64,000 nucleotides of DNA, from assembly GCA_905178155.1 (NCBI GenBank), contig CAJINV010000001.1:11381571-11445570 (forward strand). The letters are read 5' to 3'. Shown here piece after piece: positions 54,718 to 64,000 of this stretch. The DNA comes from Amoebophrya sp. A120 (lineage: Eukaryota > Protista > Dinoflagellata). Each line of letters starts with the position of its first letter. Within the stretch, counting starts at the first letter, position 1. The translations under genes and the position numbers were made by a program. Under the pieces are notes generated by a model. The model searched no databases. It was not told where the DNA came from and saw only the letters and a list, made by a program, of their open reading frames with translations.

Positions 54718-56016
54718 CTACACAACCCACTGCGTGAGGGGATCTGCCACAGAGTCGGTATTTGGTTCGATGAACCGCGCGTGCCGGCCCGTCAAATTCG
54801 AACGCAGCAGTGTCATGTTGATACTATCCAAAGGCTCCAACGTCACTCCCAAATGCTCACACAAGGCGTACTTCCAGTCTTCCGGGGTCCAGCGCAGGCT
54901 GATGGAGTCCAGCCGGGGTTTGTTGCTCCACTTCTGGCTCATCTCCGGGCGATTGTAGAGCCACGCGGACGTGTTAGTGTGCGGAAACCACTCGTTCACC
55001 TCTCCCCAAAAGTCTTCCATGTTCGTGTAGCACGTCGTCATGGCCTCGCGCAAGCCGATCGCGAACAGATCGGGGTTACCACAGCAATACGTGCTCACCG
55101 AGTTCACAAAAATCGTTGCCTTTGGAACAGTAGCTGCGCCTGGGAGCTGATCGCCGGATTCAGCGCTGCTTCCCCGCTTGTTCATGAAGAGCTCTCGAGG
55201 ACTCGGAAACGAGGACAGAAAGACCATATCCGGGCGAAGTCGTATTATGTAGCGGTACTGGTACCCTAGTTCGTTTTCCCGTCGCTGGATCAGCTTGAAG
55301 CAGTTCGCCACATCGGTGTTCATACCGACCGAAGAGCGCCAGGTGGCGGACCCGCGTTTCCACATGAAGGTGCTCCACTTCGGATCCTTGGGGTCAAATG
55401 GGGTCTTTTTCGTCTGTGCAACTGGTTCCTCGCTTTTCTGGTACATCATCACGCGCTTCTTGCAAAGAGGATTGATGTGTTCTTTTGCGTTTGGACCTAT
55501 GCTTATCCCACAAAGCGGCTGCTCCTTCGCAATATGGGGCACAAGTCTGATGGTGCTATCGTCGCGAGGGACACTGCCTTCAAATGCTGTGGCTGATTGC
55601 TCGTGAGAGAGGTAAAACCCTGGCGGCTCGACACTCTGATTTGCGTCTGTTGCTGAGGACACAGTACTTGGCGCAAAAAGCATGTATTTCCACAGCGGTC
55701 GACTCGGTAACGTGATCGCGAAGACGTCGAAACCGCCGTTGTCCGCGAGAACCGGATAGAGATGCTGGTGCACGGAGGCGGCGTTGTTGCCGAACTTCTC
55801 AAGCGACCCACCGGGAGGCGGAGAACCGCGCATCCACCGGTCGACGTTTTCTTCGTCGAAATCGAGCAGCATCCCGTCTGGCCACGTGTGCCCCACTGTA
55901 CGAACGTCGCCGAACAAGCATACCGCTGCTCTTCCGTCGGCAGCAGGAGACGCGACAGCAGACGGTACGACCTCTGACACCACCAGAAACGGCGGCAGCA
56001 GAAACTTCCTCGCCAT
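54718..56016 (-). CDS. Hypothetical secreted protein, glycosyltransferase-like motifs
   Basis: Signal-like N-terminus; AAVCLFGDVRT, CFKLIQRRE...YRYIIRLRPDMVF and DLFAIG motifs resemble uncharacterised GT-like proteins. Confidence 0.6.
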   Translation of the reverse strand: MARKFLLPPFLVVSEVVPSAVASPAADGRAAVCLFGDVRTVGHTWPDGMLLDFDEENVDRWMRGSPPPGGSLEKFGNNAASVHQHLYPVLADNGGFDVFAITLPSRPLWKYMLFAPSTVSSATDANQSVEPPGFYLSHEQSATAFEGSVPRDDSTIRLVPHIAKEQPLCGISIGPNAKEHINPLCKKRVMMYQKSEEPVAQTKKTPFDPKDPKWSTFMWKRGSATWRSSVGMNTDVANCFKLIQRRENELGYQYRYIIRLRPDMVFLSSFPSPRELFMNKRGSSAESGDQLPGAATVPKATIFVNSVSTYCCGNPDLFAIGLREAMTTCYTNMEDFWGEVNEWFPHTNTSAWLYNRPEMSQKWSNKPRLDSISLRWTPEDWKYALCEHLGVTLEPLDSINMTLLRSNLTGRHARFIEPNTDSVADPLTQWVV

Positions 56017-56189
56017 TCTGATCGCTCATAATGGTTGTTCAGCGCTTTTATCTTACTGATGTTTCGACGTCATGGCAGGAACCAACCTGCGACACCCCGA
56101 TGGGTGTACTTGAAGGAGAAGGTGGGCAAGAACTTACAACTTAGAAAGTTGCAAAACGAGGGAAACCAAGAAAATGGCCTTCATTGCTG

Positions 56190-57383
56190 CTATGATCCCG
56201 GGGGTGCGTTTGAACACAACTGAAGTAACTCGAACAAAGATATCGGTCGAATGGGCGGCATGGGCAACCTCAGGACAGCCTCCCACTGAGCAGGAGTGAA
56301 CGTGGGGTGCACTCTAAAGCTCGACTTGATGCTTTTTTCGCCGATATCTTTCTCCGGATCTTCCTGAATCGCCCGAATGGGACCGCGCCCGATACTCACA
56401 ACGTGCTCGCCCTGGGCGGAAGGAAGCGTCTCTTGATGAAAGCGCCAGTCAGGCTGGGGCTTGAGCTTGGTGTCTTCGTCGGTCGTTTCGCGGGCTGCTA
56501 GAACGATTGTCGTATCCTCTTCGGTTTTAGATGCAGAGACGGCTTTCCTCCAGCAAAATTCGCAGTTCAACAACTCGAAGCCAAGGCCGTCGCCGCGGGC
56601 CTTGATGAAGCACTCTTTCAAGCTCCAGATCCGCATAAAGTGCCCATAAATGTCCGAAGATGAACCTGCTACAGTTGCGAAATCGCCGAGATTTGTTCCC
56701 CTCTCGACTTCATTCCATTCTCCATCCGACAGGCAGTTTCCAAAATCCCGCTTGAGCTGCATCACCTCGTTCTTCAATTCTTCAACGTCCGCGTCCCTGG
56801 TCTTGGCGGCCATCTGTGTCGCGTCGTCGGCAACTTTCCCACCACGCACTTTTCTTGCTTCCTTGGGCGCGGCTACGTCAATGCCGAGAATTGCGAAGTA
56901 ATCTGACGCGCCTACAACGAAAGCACCCTCGTGGCTGATGTTGAAATTGAAGTTGGTGTGTCGCAGCTGCGGCGCATGTAAAAAAGGCTTGCCCCACGAC
57001 GTGCGCCAAATCTCGATGGATTCCAGTTGGTTTTCAATTTCATCTGTTCGTGCGTCATTTTTCCCAGCTTCCTCCTCTGTTGCGCTTCGTGCCGTGGAAC
57101 AATTGTTGTAATACTCCTGCACAGAGGCGATGACAGCATCAGTTGCTGGCGCAGCATCGGCACCAGTTAGCTTACTGTCAAGCCATCGGTCGAATTGTAC
57201 TGCGTCCAATGCGAGTCTTTTCTGCATCAACCTCGACACGAACGCTCGTTTGCGGTCCTCGAGGAAGACGAAACGTAGAACCTTTTCGGAGTCCTCCTCC
57301 GGAAGGTGCTGCGTCGCGAGGGCTGCGAAATCATCCTCCGTGATTTCCCAATCGAAAATGTTGAAGCAGTAGCGCGATCCCAT
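56190..57383 (-). CDS. Sfp-type 4'-phosphopantetheinyl transferase (AASDHPPT/Lys5-like)
   Basis: RTSWGKPFL, FNFNISHEG, LGIDV and WSLKECFIKARGDGL motifs. Confidence 0.92.
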   Translation of the reverse strand: MGSRYCFNIFDWEITEDDFAALATQHLPEEDSEKVLRFVFLEDRKRAFVSRLMQKRLALDAVQFDRWLDSKLTGADAAPATDAVIASVQEYYNNCSTARSATEEEAGKNDARTDEIENQLESIEIWRTSWGKPFLHAPQLRHTNFNFNISHEGAFVVGASDYFAILGIDVAAPKEARKVRGGKVADDATQMAAKTRDADVEELKNEVMQLKRDFGNCLSDGEWNEVERGTNLGDFATVAGSSSDIYGHFMRIWSLKECFIKARGDGLGFELLNCEFCWRKAVSASKTEEDTTIVLAARETTDEDTKLKPQPDWRFHQETLPSAQGEHVVSIGRGPIRAIQEDPEKDIGEKSIKSSFRVHPTFTPAQWEAVLRLPMPPIRPISLFELLQLCSNAPPGS

Positions 57384-58238
57384 AGTTGCTTTGCGGCAGC
57401 TATCGCTGGGTCTATTTTTCTTCTTCTACCTCTACGCCGTAGATTACTACTTCTCTAGGTCTAATGAGGCTCGTCGACTTGATCCATCTCGCGTTATGTT
57501 ATAGACGCAAAATCTAAATCGCGCGTCTGACCCTGACCCTTTTTTTGAACAATATCATGAAATCCAACCAAGCAACCAGTTTGTTCCCGTAAATCACGAC
57601 GCATGAAGAAAGGTCGAACTTTCGATCGGCATCGGTTTCGGTTTGTTGCCACTAGCATCCATAATCTTCAGCACGGAAGAGCAGTGACGGGAGACGTTGA
57701 TCTTTCCAGTAGCAATCTATTTGGGATCTGATTTGCTTCATTTTTCTTTGCCGCATGAGATCTCTGCTGAATGAATCTGTTGAGTAAGGATCCGCTGGCA
57801 CCATTCACGAGAGGACCGACTATTCGTGAGTTTGACTTCTCCGGAATCGCGAATCCGTTTTCTCCCGGGAGTTTCATCGCGCAAAGAAAGGGCAAAACTG
57901 AGGCTGCACGTTGCATTTGGGTGGTGCCGCACGTTGCATTTGGTTGGGAGTTTCATCGTCATTTCTTTGTCAGTAGCCTGAAGGTGTGTTTCTGTACAAG
58001 AATAGGCAGGAGGGGTTTTACTACGGCAACATCCTCGATGTCCCGTTTTCAAATATTCGCTTTTGCTTTACAGTGACTTCGTGGGCATATCCGGGACGAA
58101 TGCATGTCGACATTGATGTGAGATTGGTACGTGCTAAACTACGAGGGAGGTCTTCTTCAATATTTTGATGTACAAGTTTTTAGAATCTAATTACAAATTT
58201 CATTGTGGATTATGCATCGGCATCGGCTTCACATCTCA

Positions 58239-59671
58239 TCAACGCGACACTTCCCCGGCCGGAGCTGGGAACTGCTCCGCGCCCGCACCTGGGAAGGGCG
58301 AGAGCGACGGCGTCAAGTCGCTTTCGCTGAGACTGATGTCGCTCTGCGTCAGGTTCATCGCTTCGTTCGATGTCCTCGAAGATTGGTCGTTGTAGTACAA
58401 CTTTACACCCGTTCCGACAGCGTAGTAGGCCTGCTCCCCCGGTGGTGTCGTTCCTGGGCGAGTGCGAATCCGCTCCCCGCCGCCACCGGAACCGCCGTCG
58501 ACATCAAAGTTTATGCTTCGCTGGTCGCTCGCACCGTTGATAGGTGAGCCTGCAGGAACAACAAACTGTTTGTTCCAATCTTCTTCTCTACTGTTGCTCC
58601 GCTTCACCAACAGGTTCTCGGCTTTTAGCCTCGCAATCGGGTCCTCCTCCTGCTGTTGGTCTACTCCTGTAGCTGGTGGACTGTTTAACCCTCCCGACGG
58701 CGCTGGGGAGGACGACCCAGGCGAAGAGGTCGCGTCCGCGAGTCCGCGGTGTACACCGTCTTTCGCAGCGTGTGCTAGGGTGCCGTAGGCGGAGGAGCTC
58801 ATTCTTGCACTGCCAAAGATGTGCGCCGCGTGCTGCAAGTCGGTTATTTCCTCTTCGGAAGAGGTTGCGTAGTACTCGTCGTCCTCCGGCGACATCATGC
58901 TGGACGTCAAATTGCTTGCAGTGGCCCCGCCGGCTCGCAAGCGACTACGAATGATCTTCTGTTGTGCTTCAAAAGTCGGCAGGACCAGCCAGCGGTGGAC
59001 CGCGAAAACCAGCAGCAACAAGCCTATCAGCGGCCACGCGAAGACCCAGAGCCGGACTCGGCAGTATCCCATCTTCCGAATGCGGGCGTCAGTTGCACCG
59101 AAATAGGAGGAGCGCCGGCACTCCCGGAACCAGGGCATGGAACACTGGCAGGCGTTGCCGCCATTGGGCCTCTTCAACGCGCATCCCGCACCGGCGATGT
59201 AGCCCCGTGCGATGTTGTCCTCCAGCAGTTGGAGGGTCTCGTGGTCCTGTTTTCCGGCCGGTTCTATCAGGCTTTGGAGCGGCTGCAGGTGAAGATTTTT
59301 TTGCGTTTGAGCGCGTTCACTTGTGAAACCATAGATACAACCCCGTGGGTAGTCCGCAAACATTAATACGGTTTCAGCTTCCGGTCACTAAAAGAAACGA
59401 CCAGCCTTACAACGGTGTCTGATGCTGTTGTACAAACAAGTCTTACCTCATTGGGGCAAATCGGTCCTTCCAGGCCACTGCTTGCGGTTGAAATGTCGCG
59501 AACTTGCGACGAAAGCTGTTCGCCTTCCTCAATGACTTGCGATTCCGCTACGCTGCCGCGTTCTGTTTCCCGCTCCTTGCTCACGTAGGTCGCGCCGACA
59601 GGCGCGTACGCAGTTCTCAGTAGGAGAAAAACTAGCACGAATGACAACATTTTTTCTTTCCCCAGCAACAT
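58239..59671 (-). CDS. Type I membrane protein with small Cys-rich ectodomain, 2 exons
   Basis: Signal peptide (LSFVLVFLLLRTAYA); GT-AG intron 59283-59446 joins CPNE/PLQSL; TM segment LWVFAWPLIGLLLLVFAV. Confidence 0.7.
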
Positions 59672-60223
59672 GCGTGCTACTCTAGCAAAGATTTACTGGT
59701 TCTAAAACGAGCGCACGAAAAACTAATTTGCTCAATAAACAAAAAAGAAACACAATCAACCATACGATCGACAGAGGACTTTACTTTGCGATAGTTGCCG
59801 AGTCAAGAAGCGATGCTCGATGAAACTAGCGATGGGAAGAGCGATATGCAAAACGATATTCCACGATAACGAGGCTACAGCTGCCGCTGCGTGGGCCGAT
59901 CATACGGCCATGGGACGAAGAGACGTTCGATTTGAGTTTGTCGATAACAAGAAGTAGAAGGCTTGACGACAACCATCACAAGTCGTAGCACAACACTCGA
60001 ACACTCTATGTTGACTGAGTGCGCAGTTGTAGTTCATCTACTTACATGCGCACGCACTACAACGGCTGTTCCTGAGCCTGAGTATGTAAACAACATGATC
60101 ATGTCGTGACACATACTTGTGTGAGTTAGTGCGAGTCGCGTGATAAAAAGAGAGCACAAGCAATGTCGACAGCCCTTCTTCAGAAGAAAGACGTGGCCAG
60201 ACACATTTCGACCACGATCCCTC

Positions 60224-62599
60224 TCAGCGGCGGCTTTTGAATTGAATCAGCGGATTTTGCGTCATCCGCGGCCCCGTCGGTTTTGGTGCGGGTGGTCGCT
60301 GTGGCACGGGCGGAGCCACCAGCTCCTGCCGTCTTTGCCCGGTGTGTGGGGGCAGCGGTAGTCGTACCTGGGGACGGTACTCCACCCGCCCCATGGCGTC
60401 TACCACCCTTAACCGCTTCGCGTTGGGCTCCAAGTGGCTGCCGGTCGTGTGGGGGCGAATCGGCACCGGCTTTACCATCTGCCCGCCCTCGGACAAACCC
60501 GAGGACATGCGGGTCACCGTGTTCAGTTCCTTCACTGTTCGGTACGGGTTGTTAGACGCAGTGGTCCCGCCCCTGGTCGGTCCCGTCTGGTGCGCACCGG
60601 CCCTGTTCCCCGTGGCCGCCGGGTTCGCGTTTCTGATTGTCGGACGCGCTGGCTGGGCGGCCGGCACGGGGGCGCCGTGCGTGGCGTCGTTGGTCTCCGG
60701 GAACGTCGGCATCAGAAAGGCCTTCAGCTTTCTGCCCTCGGTGAGAAAGGGGTGCTGCAAGCACTGTTCCGCGGTCGCCCGCTTGTCCGGCTGCACCTCG
60801 CAAATCGCCACGAAAAAATCGATCAAACGGCACAAGTTCGCATGGAAATCTTCTTCCTCGTTGTTTTCGTGGGGAATCAAGCTTTCGTCCGCGTCCTCCG
60901 CAGGCTTGAGTTTCCAGGCGTCTTCGTCCTCCTCGTCCTGCGATCCGTCTTTTTTCTCCTCATCGCTGTCAGGGTCCAACGAGGAGCGGGGTGAGTCCGG
61001 CGACCGGTTGTTAAAATCTTGGAAAATCGATTTCTCGCTTTTCGCGTCCCGGATCAGCCGCTCCCGCATCGCCTCCGTCACATTTTTCTTTTTCTGCTCC
61101 TCCTTCTTTTTCTCGACGTCCGGGTTGAATTTCGGGGGGAAGAGAAACTTCCGCCACCCGACCATTTCCAGCTTCTCAAAAGCGATCGCCGGCGGCCACC
61201 GCTCGGACCGTTCTTGGTTGTTCGTTGAGGAAGTAGAGGAAGCGCCGGCGGCCTGCTTGCCGCCCAAGGCGGAGGCAGCGGATTTTTTCGAACTGCATCG
61301 CAACTGGTGAAACCTTCGCCACCAGGGATCGACCTGCAAATCGGGCTTCCCCGTGACGCGGAAGATGTTGCGCAATTGCTCACTCTCGCTCTGCGCCTGA
61401 AAAATCGGCAAACCCTTTACCAGCTCTCCGACGACGCAGCCCACACTCCACATATCGACGGCGCGCGGATCGTAGACTTTCGCCCCCAAGCAGAGTTCCG
61501 GACTGCGGTACCACAAAGTCACCACGGGGGTCGTGTAGCGAATGCTGGTCGTGCTAGCGGAAGTGAAAAGTTTGTTATTTCCTGATTTGTTTGATGTGTT
61601 GCCGGCGCTAGTACTTTTGTTTTTCGCTGATTGCGCCTGCTCGCTTGCGTTGTTTTTTCTCCGAAGTTCTTCCAGCATTTGTCTTTGTTCCTTGACTTGG
61701 CGTCGCAATTCGTCTCTTTCGACGTCCAGCTCTGACGAGGAATCTTCGCTGTCGTCCTGATCATCCCTATTTCTCCCGGATCTCCGACCATTACTCTGCG
61801 CGGGCGGAACTGCGGCAGGTGGAGGTGGAGGAGGATGTGCAATCGGCTCGTCTTCGCCGTTGCGAAAGATTGGATTGCCGAATCGCCTGGCTAACCCGAA
61901 GTCGCAGAGCTTCAACACGCCGTTCCGATTCGCGTACAGTAGGTTGCTGCTCTTGATGTCTCGGTGCGTGATGTAGTTCTTATGCAAGTGCGCCACCGCG
62001 GAAAGGAGCTGCTCGGTGAGATTCTTGATTTCGTAGTAGGTGAAGCTGTGGATTTTGAGCAGGTTGCAAATCTCGTGGGGCATGTACTCCATAACCAGGC
62101 AGAAAGTGCCCGCGAGACTCTCCTCAATCGTGCCGGGCCCACCGCCTGAAACCGATACGACTTCGTACACTTTCACGATGTTCGGGTGCTGCAGCTGCTG
62201 TAAAATCGTGATCTCTCGCAACGCCTGCAGCGGAAAACCGGAGGTTTGCGATTTCACACACTTCAACTGCTTCAGTGCGACAATCTCGCGATTTCCGTAC
62301 AGGCACTGTCCGCGAAAGACAATGCCGTACGTGCCTTCGGATATCTTGTGAATCTTCCGGTAACTCGTATCCAGACTTCGGCAGCCCTGGGCCAGCTGCA
62401 CTCGTTGTGAGGGTGCGCTCGCGCCCGAAGAGGGCGCGGCGCTCAGTTGCTGCGGTGGAGGAGGGGGCATGGTCGGCGCAAAAAAACGGGGTCGTGGGGT
62501 ACACGACGAATCTTCGCTAGTGTCGCCGTTTGTGGTCGTGAAACTCGAAAATGAAACTGGAAAAGGAGGAGGTGGAGGACAACATCTTAACTGACTCAC
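60224..62599 (-). CDS. Cyclin-dependent kinase, CDK10/CDK11 (PITSLRE-like) group
   Basis: KISEGTYGIVFRG, VALKQLK, GFPLQALREI, HRDIKSSNLL, LKLCDFGLAR and YTTPVVTLWYRSPEL; long low-complexity inserts. Confidence 0.9.
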   Translation of the reverse strand: MSQLRCCPPPPPFPVSFSSFTTTNGDTSEDSSCTPRPRFFAPTMPPPPPQQLSAAPSSGASAPSQRVQLAQGCRSLDTSYRKIHKISEGTYGIVFRGQCLYGNREIVALKQLKCVKSQTSGFPLQALREITILQQLQHPNIVKVYEVVSVSGGGPGTIEESLAGTFCLVMEYMPHEICNLLKIHSFTYYEIKNLTEQLLSAVAHLHKNYITHRDIKSSNLLYANRNGVLKLCDFGLARRFGNPIFRNGEDEPIAHPPPPPPAAVPPAQSNGRRSGRNRDDQDDSEDSSSELDVERDELRRQVKEQRQMLEELRRKNNASEQAQSAKNKSTSAGNTSNKSGNNKLFTSASTTSIRYTTPVVTLWYRSPELCLGAKVYDPRAVDMWSVGCVVGELVKGLPIFQAQSESEQLRNIFRVTGKPDLQVDPWWRRFHQLRCSSKKSAASALGGKQAAGASSTSSTNNQERSERWPPAIAFEKLEMVGWRKFLFPPKFNPDVEKKKEEQKKKNVTEAMRERLIRDAKSEKSIFQDFNNRSPDSPRSSLDPDSDEEKKDGSQDEEDEDAWKLKPAEDADESLIPHENNEEEDFHANLCRLIDFFVAICEVQPDKRATAEQCLQHPFLTEGRKLKAFLMPTFPETNDATHGAPVPAAQPARPTIRNANPAATGNRAGAHQTGPTRGGTTASNNPYRTVKELNTVTRMSSGLSEGGQMVKPVPIRPHTTGSHLEPNAKRLRVVDAMGRVEYRPQVRLPLPPHTGQRRQELVAPPVPQRPPAPKPTGPRMTQNPLIQFKSRR

Positions 62600-63341
62600 A
62601 TGAAATTAGCGTATTTGATACACGACAGCTAGGCAGCTACTAAGTACTAAGTAGCCGATACTACCACTCGATACAACTACCTAGTTTTTTTTCTAGTACT
62701 ACGTCTACGCACTAGGGACGTATATAATATCCACCCGCGCAAAGTGGTGTCGTCGTTTCACAGGCTCTAGTCGTAGTCCCTGGACTCCTCGTCGTGCATA
62801 AATATTCATACGAGGGTGCGCACGATACACAATCTAGCGCTAGCCACACGTACTAATAGACGCGGCGTGGGATCGTGGTGCAATTCCTTCGCGAATTGGA
62901 TCTTGGTGAAATGCTAGTACATAGTGGTAATCGTTTTTCATGATCTCGAAATCGAAAATGATTGGTGCAATGATCGTTGCCTAGCAGTATTGAATACCAC
63001 CAATGATTGTCTTTAGCGATTCTGGTTTAGGCTGATTCTGAATAGACCACGACCAGCTACTTTCGCGTATGAAAAAAGCCATACAAGTACGAGAGATCAT
63101 GGCACAAAACGAACTTCGGACGATGTTATTTTTCGCTCTTTTTCTTAATTCTGCTGGGTTCGGAGAAATCAAATTTACTTTTCGTCACTGGTGATACTGA
63201 TACCGGGTCCGGGACTCCTTCAAAACAGAAATCAATAGTTTTCCTTGTCACACTGACACCACGCACACGACGCAGTCAGCGTAGGTCTACTTCAGGCTGC
63301 GGCCGCGTAGGTCTACTTCATCTTCAGAACTTCACCGAGCA

Positions 63342-64000
63342 CTACAATTTCGAAGTTGAATGTTTCGCCATCGTCTTGCGCTGAATGTCATGCAGCTGCA
63401 GAAACTCGGGCGATTGCGGGTGTGCGAACATTCGATAGTCGATCCCGCCGAATAAAGTGTCCTCTGCCCAGATCGCGTCCCTTTTGTGTTCGTGCAACAC
63501 GCCTATGAACGGCAGAAGTCGGTATTTCGTGACCGCATCGTTTCCGTAGCCCCCGATCTTTGAAAACGGATCTGCACCCAAGTCTTCCGGCAGCGCGTGG
63601 GCGTAGAGTGGGAGCTCCGGGGTCGGATAACCCAGAAGGACTGTGTTTTTATTCTGAAGTGCCGCCGTATTTCCGATCAGCCTCATGTCCTCCGCTCGGG
63701 GAGTCAGCAACGCGGCACAGGTAATGGACGAAACCCCGCGTTTTCCGAGAAGTTCGCACAGTAACCGCATGCTCCGCCCGCGACCCACGGAGTCGTCGAG
63801 CAGGATCACATCGCGACCAGCTACGTTCGTCTGCAGGTCCATCAGGAACGCGGAATGCGACCCTTCGATTCCCGCGGTGATGGATTGCTTGTTGTAGGTG
63901 CTCACGCGGACCCAATCAGGCTCCAGCATTTTTTTCTCCTCGAACAACACAATCCGCAGCACGTCTGCGTGCACGAAGAAGCCGGCGCGGAGGACACACA
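63342..64000 (-). CDS. Type I phosphoribosyltransferase, HPRT-like (5' end outside the window)
   Basis: CVLRAGFFVHADVLR, VRVSTY, VAGRDVILLDDSVGRGRSM and GGYGND...KYRLLPFIG resemble HPRT motifs. Confidence 0.75.
   Translation of the reverse strand, partial: CVLRAGFFVHADVLRIVLFEEKKMLEPDWVRVSTYNKQSITAGIEGSHSAFLMDLQTNVAGRDVILLDDSVGRGRSMRLLCELLGKRGVSSITCAALLTPRAEDMRLIGNTAALQNKNTVLLGYPTPELPLYAHALPEDLGADPFSKIGGYGNDAVTKYRLLPFIGVLHEHKRDAIWAEDTLFGGIDYRMFAHPQSPEFLQLHDIQRKTMAKHSTSKL

Noticed and set aside
59283-59446. Overlapping stop/start (TAATG) at 59363 suggesting bacterial translational coupling
   Set aside because: It falls inside a phase-compatible GT-AG intron joining the two ORFs.

Overview
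Eukaryotic genomic DNA, not prokaryotic. It holds spliced genes for flagellar proteins (IFT88, CFAP46), a CDPK-like kinase and a CDK10/11-like kinase, and all ~16 host genes from 6 kb to 64 kb lie on the minus strand. Unidirectional genes, dinoflagellate-style secreted coiled-coil proteins and many non-canonical inverted-repeat introns point to a syndinian dinoflagellate such as Amoebophrya (inference). Three non-gene structures stand out. (1) Nine 149-326 bp elements with terminal inverted repeats (TIRs) all start TAT, end ATA and sit in 5-bp target-site duplications (TSDs). They act as non-GT-AG introns, because removing the element plus one TSD copy restores the reading frame. Two element families occur in opposite orientations inside same-strand genes, so their removal appears orientation-independent. 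(2) Positions 1-5551 form a cassette-like array: a conserved 40-61 bp motif with a near-fixed left edge recurs four times and separates unrelated 0.9-2 kb segments. (3) A 2.6-kb array of near-identical 76-bp hairpin units, capped by 51-bp palindromic TIRs, lies inside an intron of a four-transmembrane protein gene. A bacterial-type iolC that has gained an intron and a bacterial-like Nudix hydrolase are horizontal-transfer candidates. Gene identities come from my recognition of motifs; no database searches were run.
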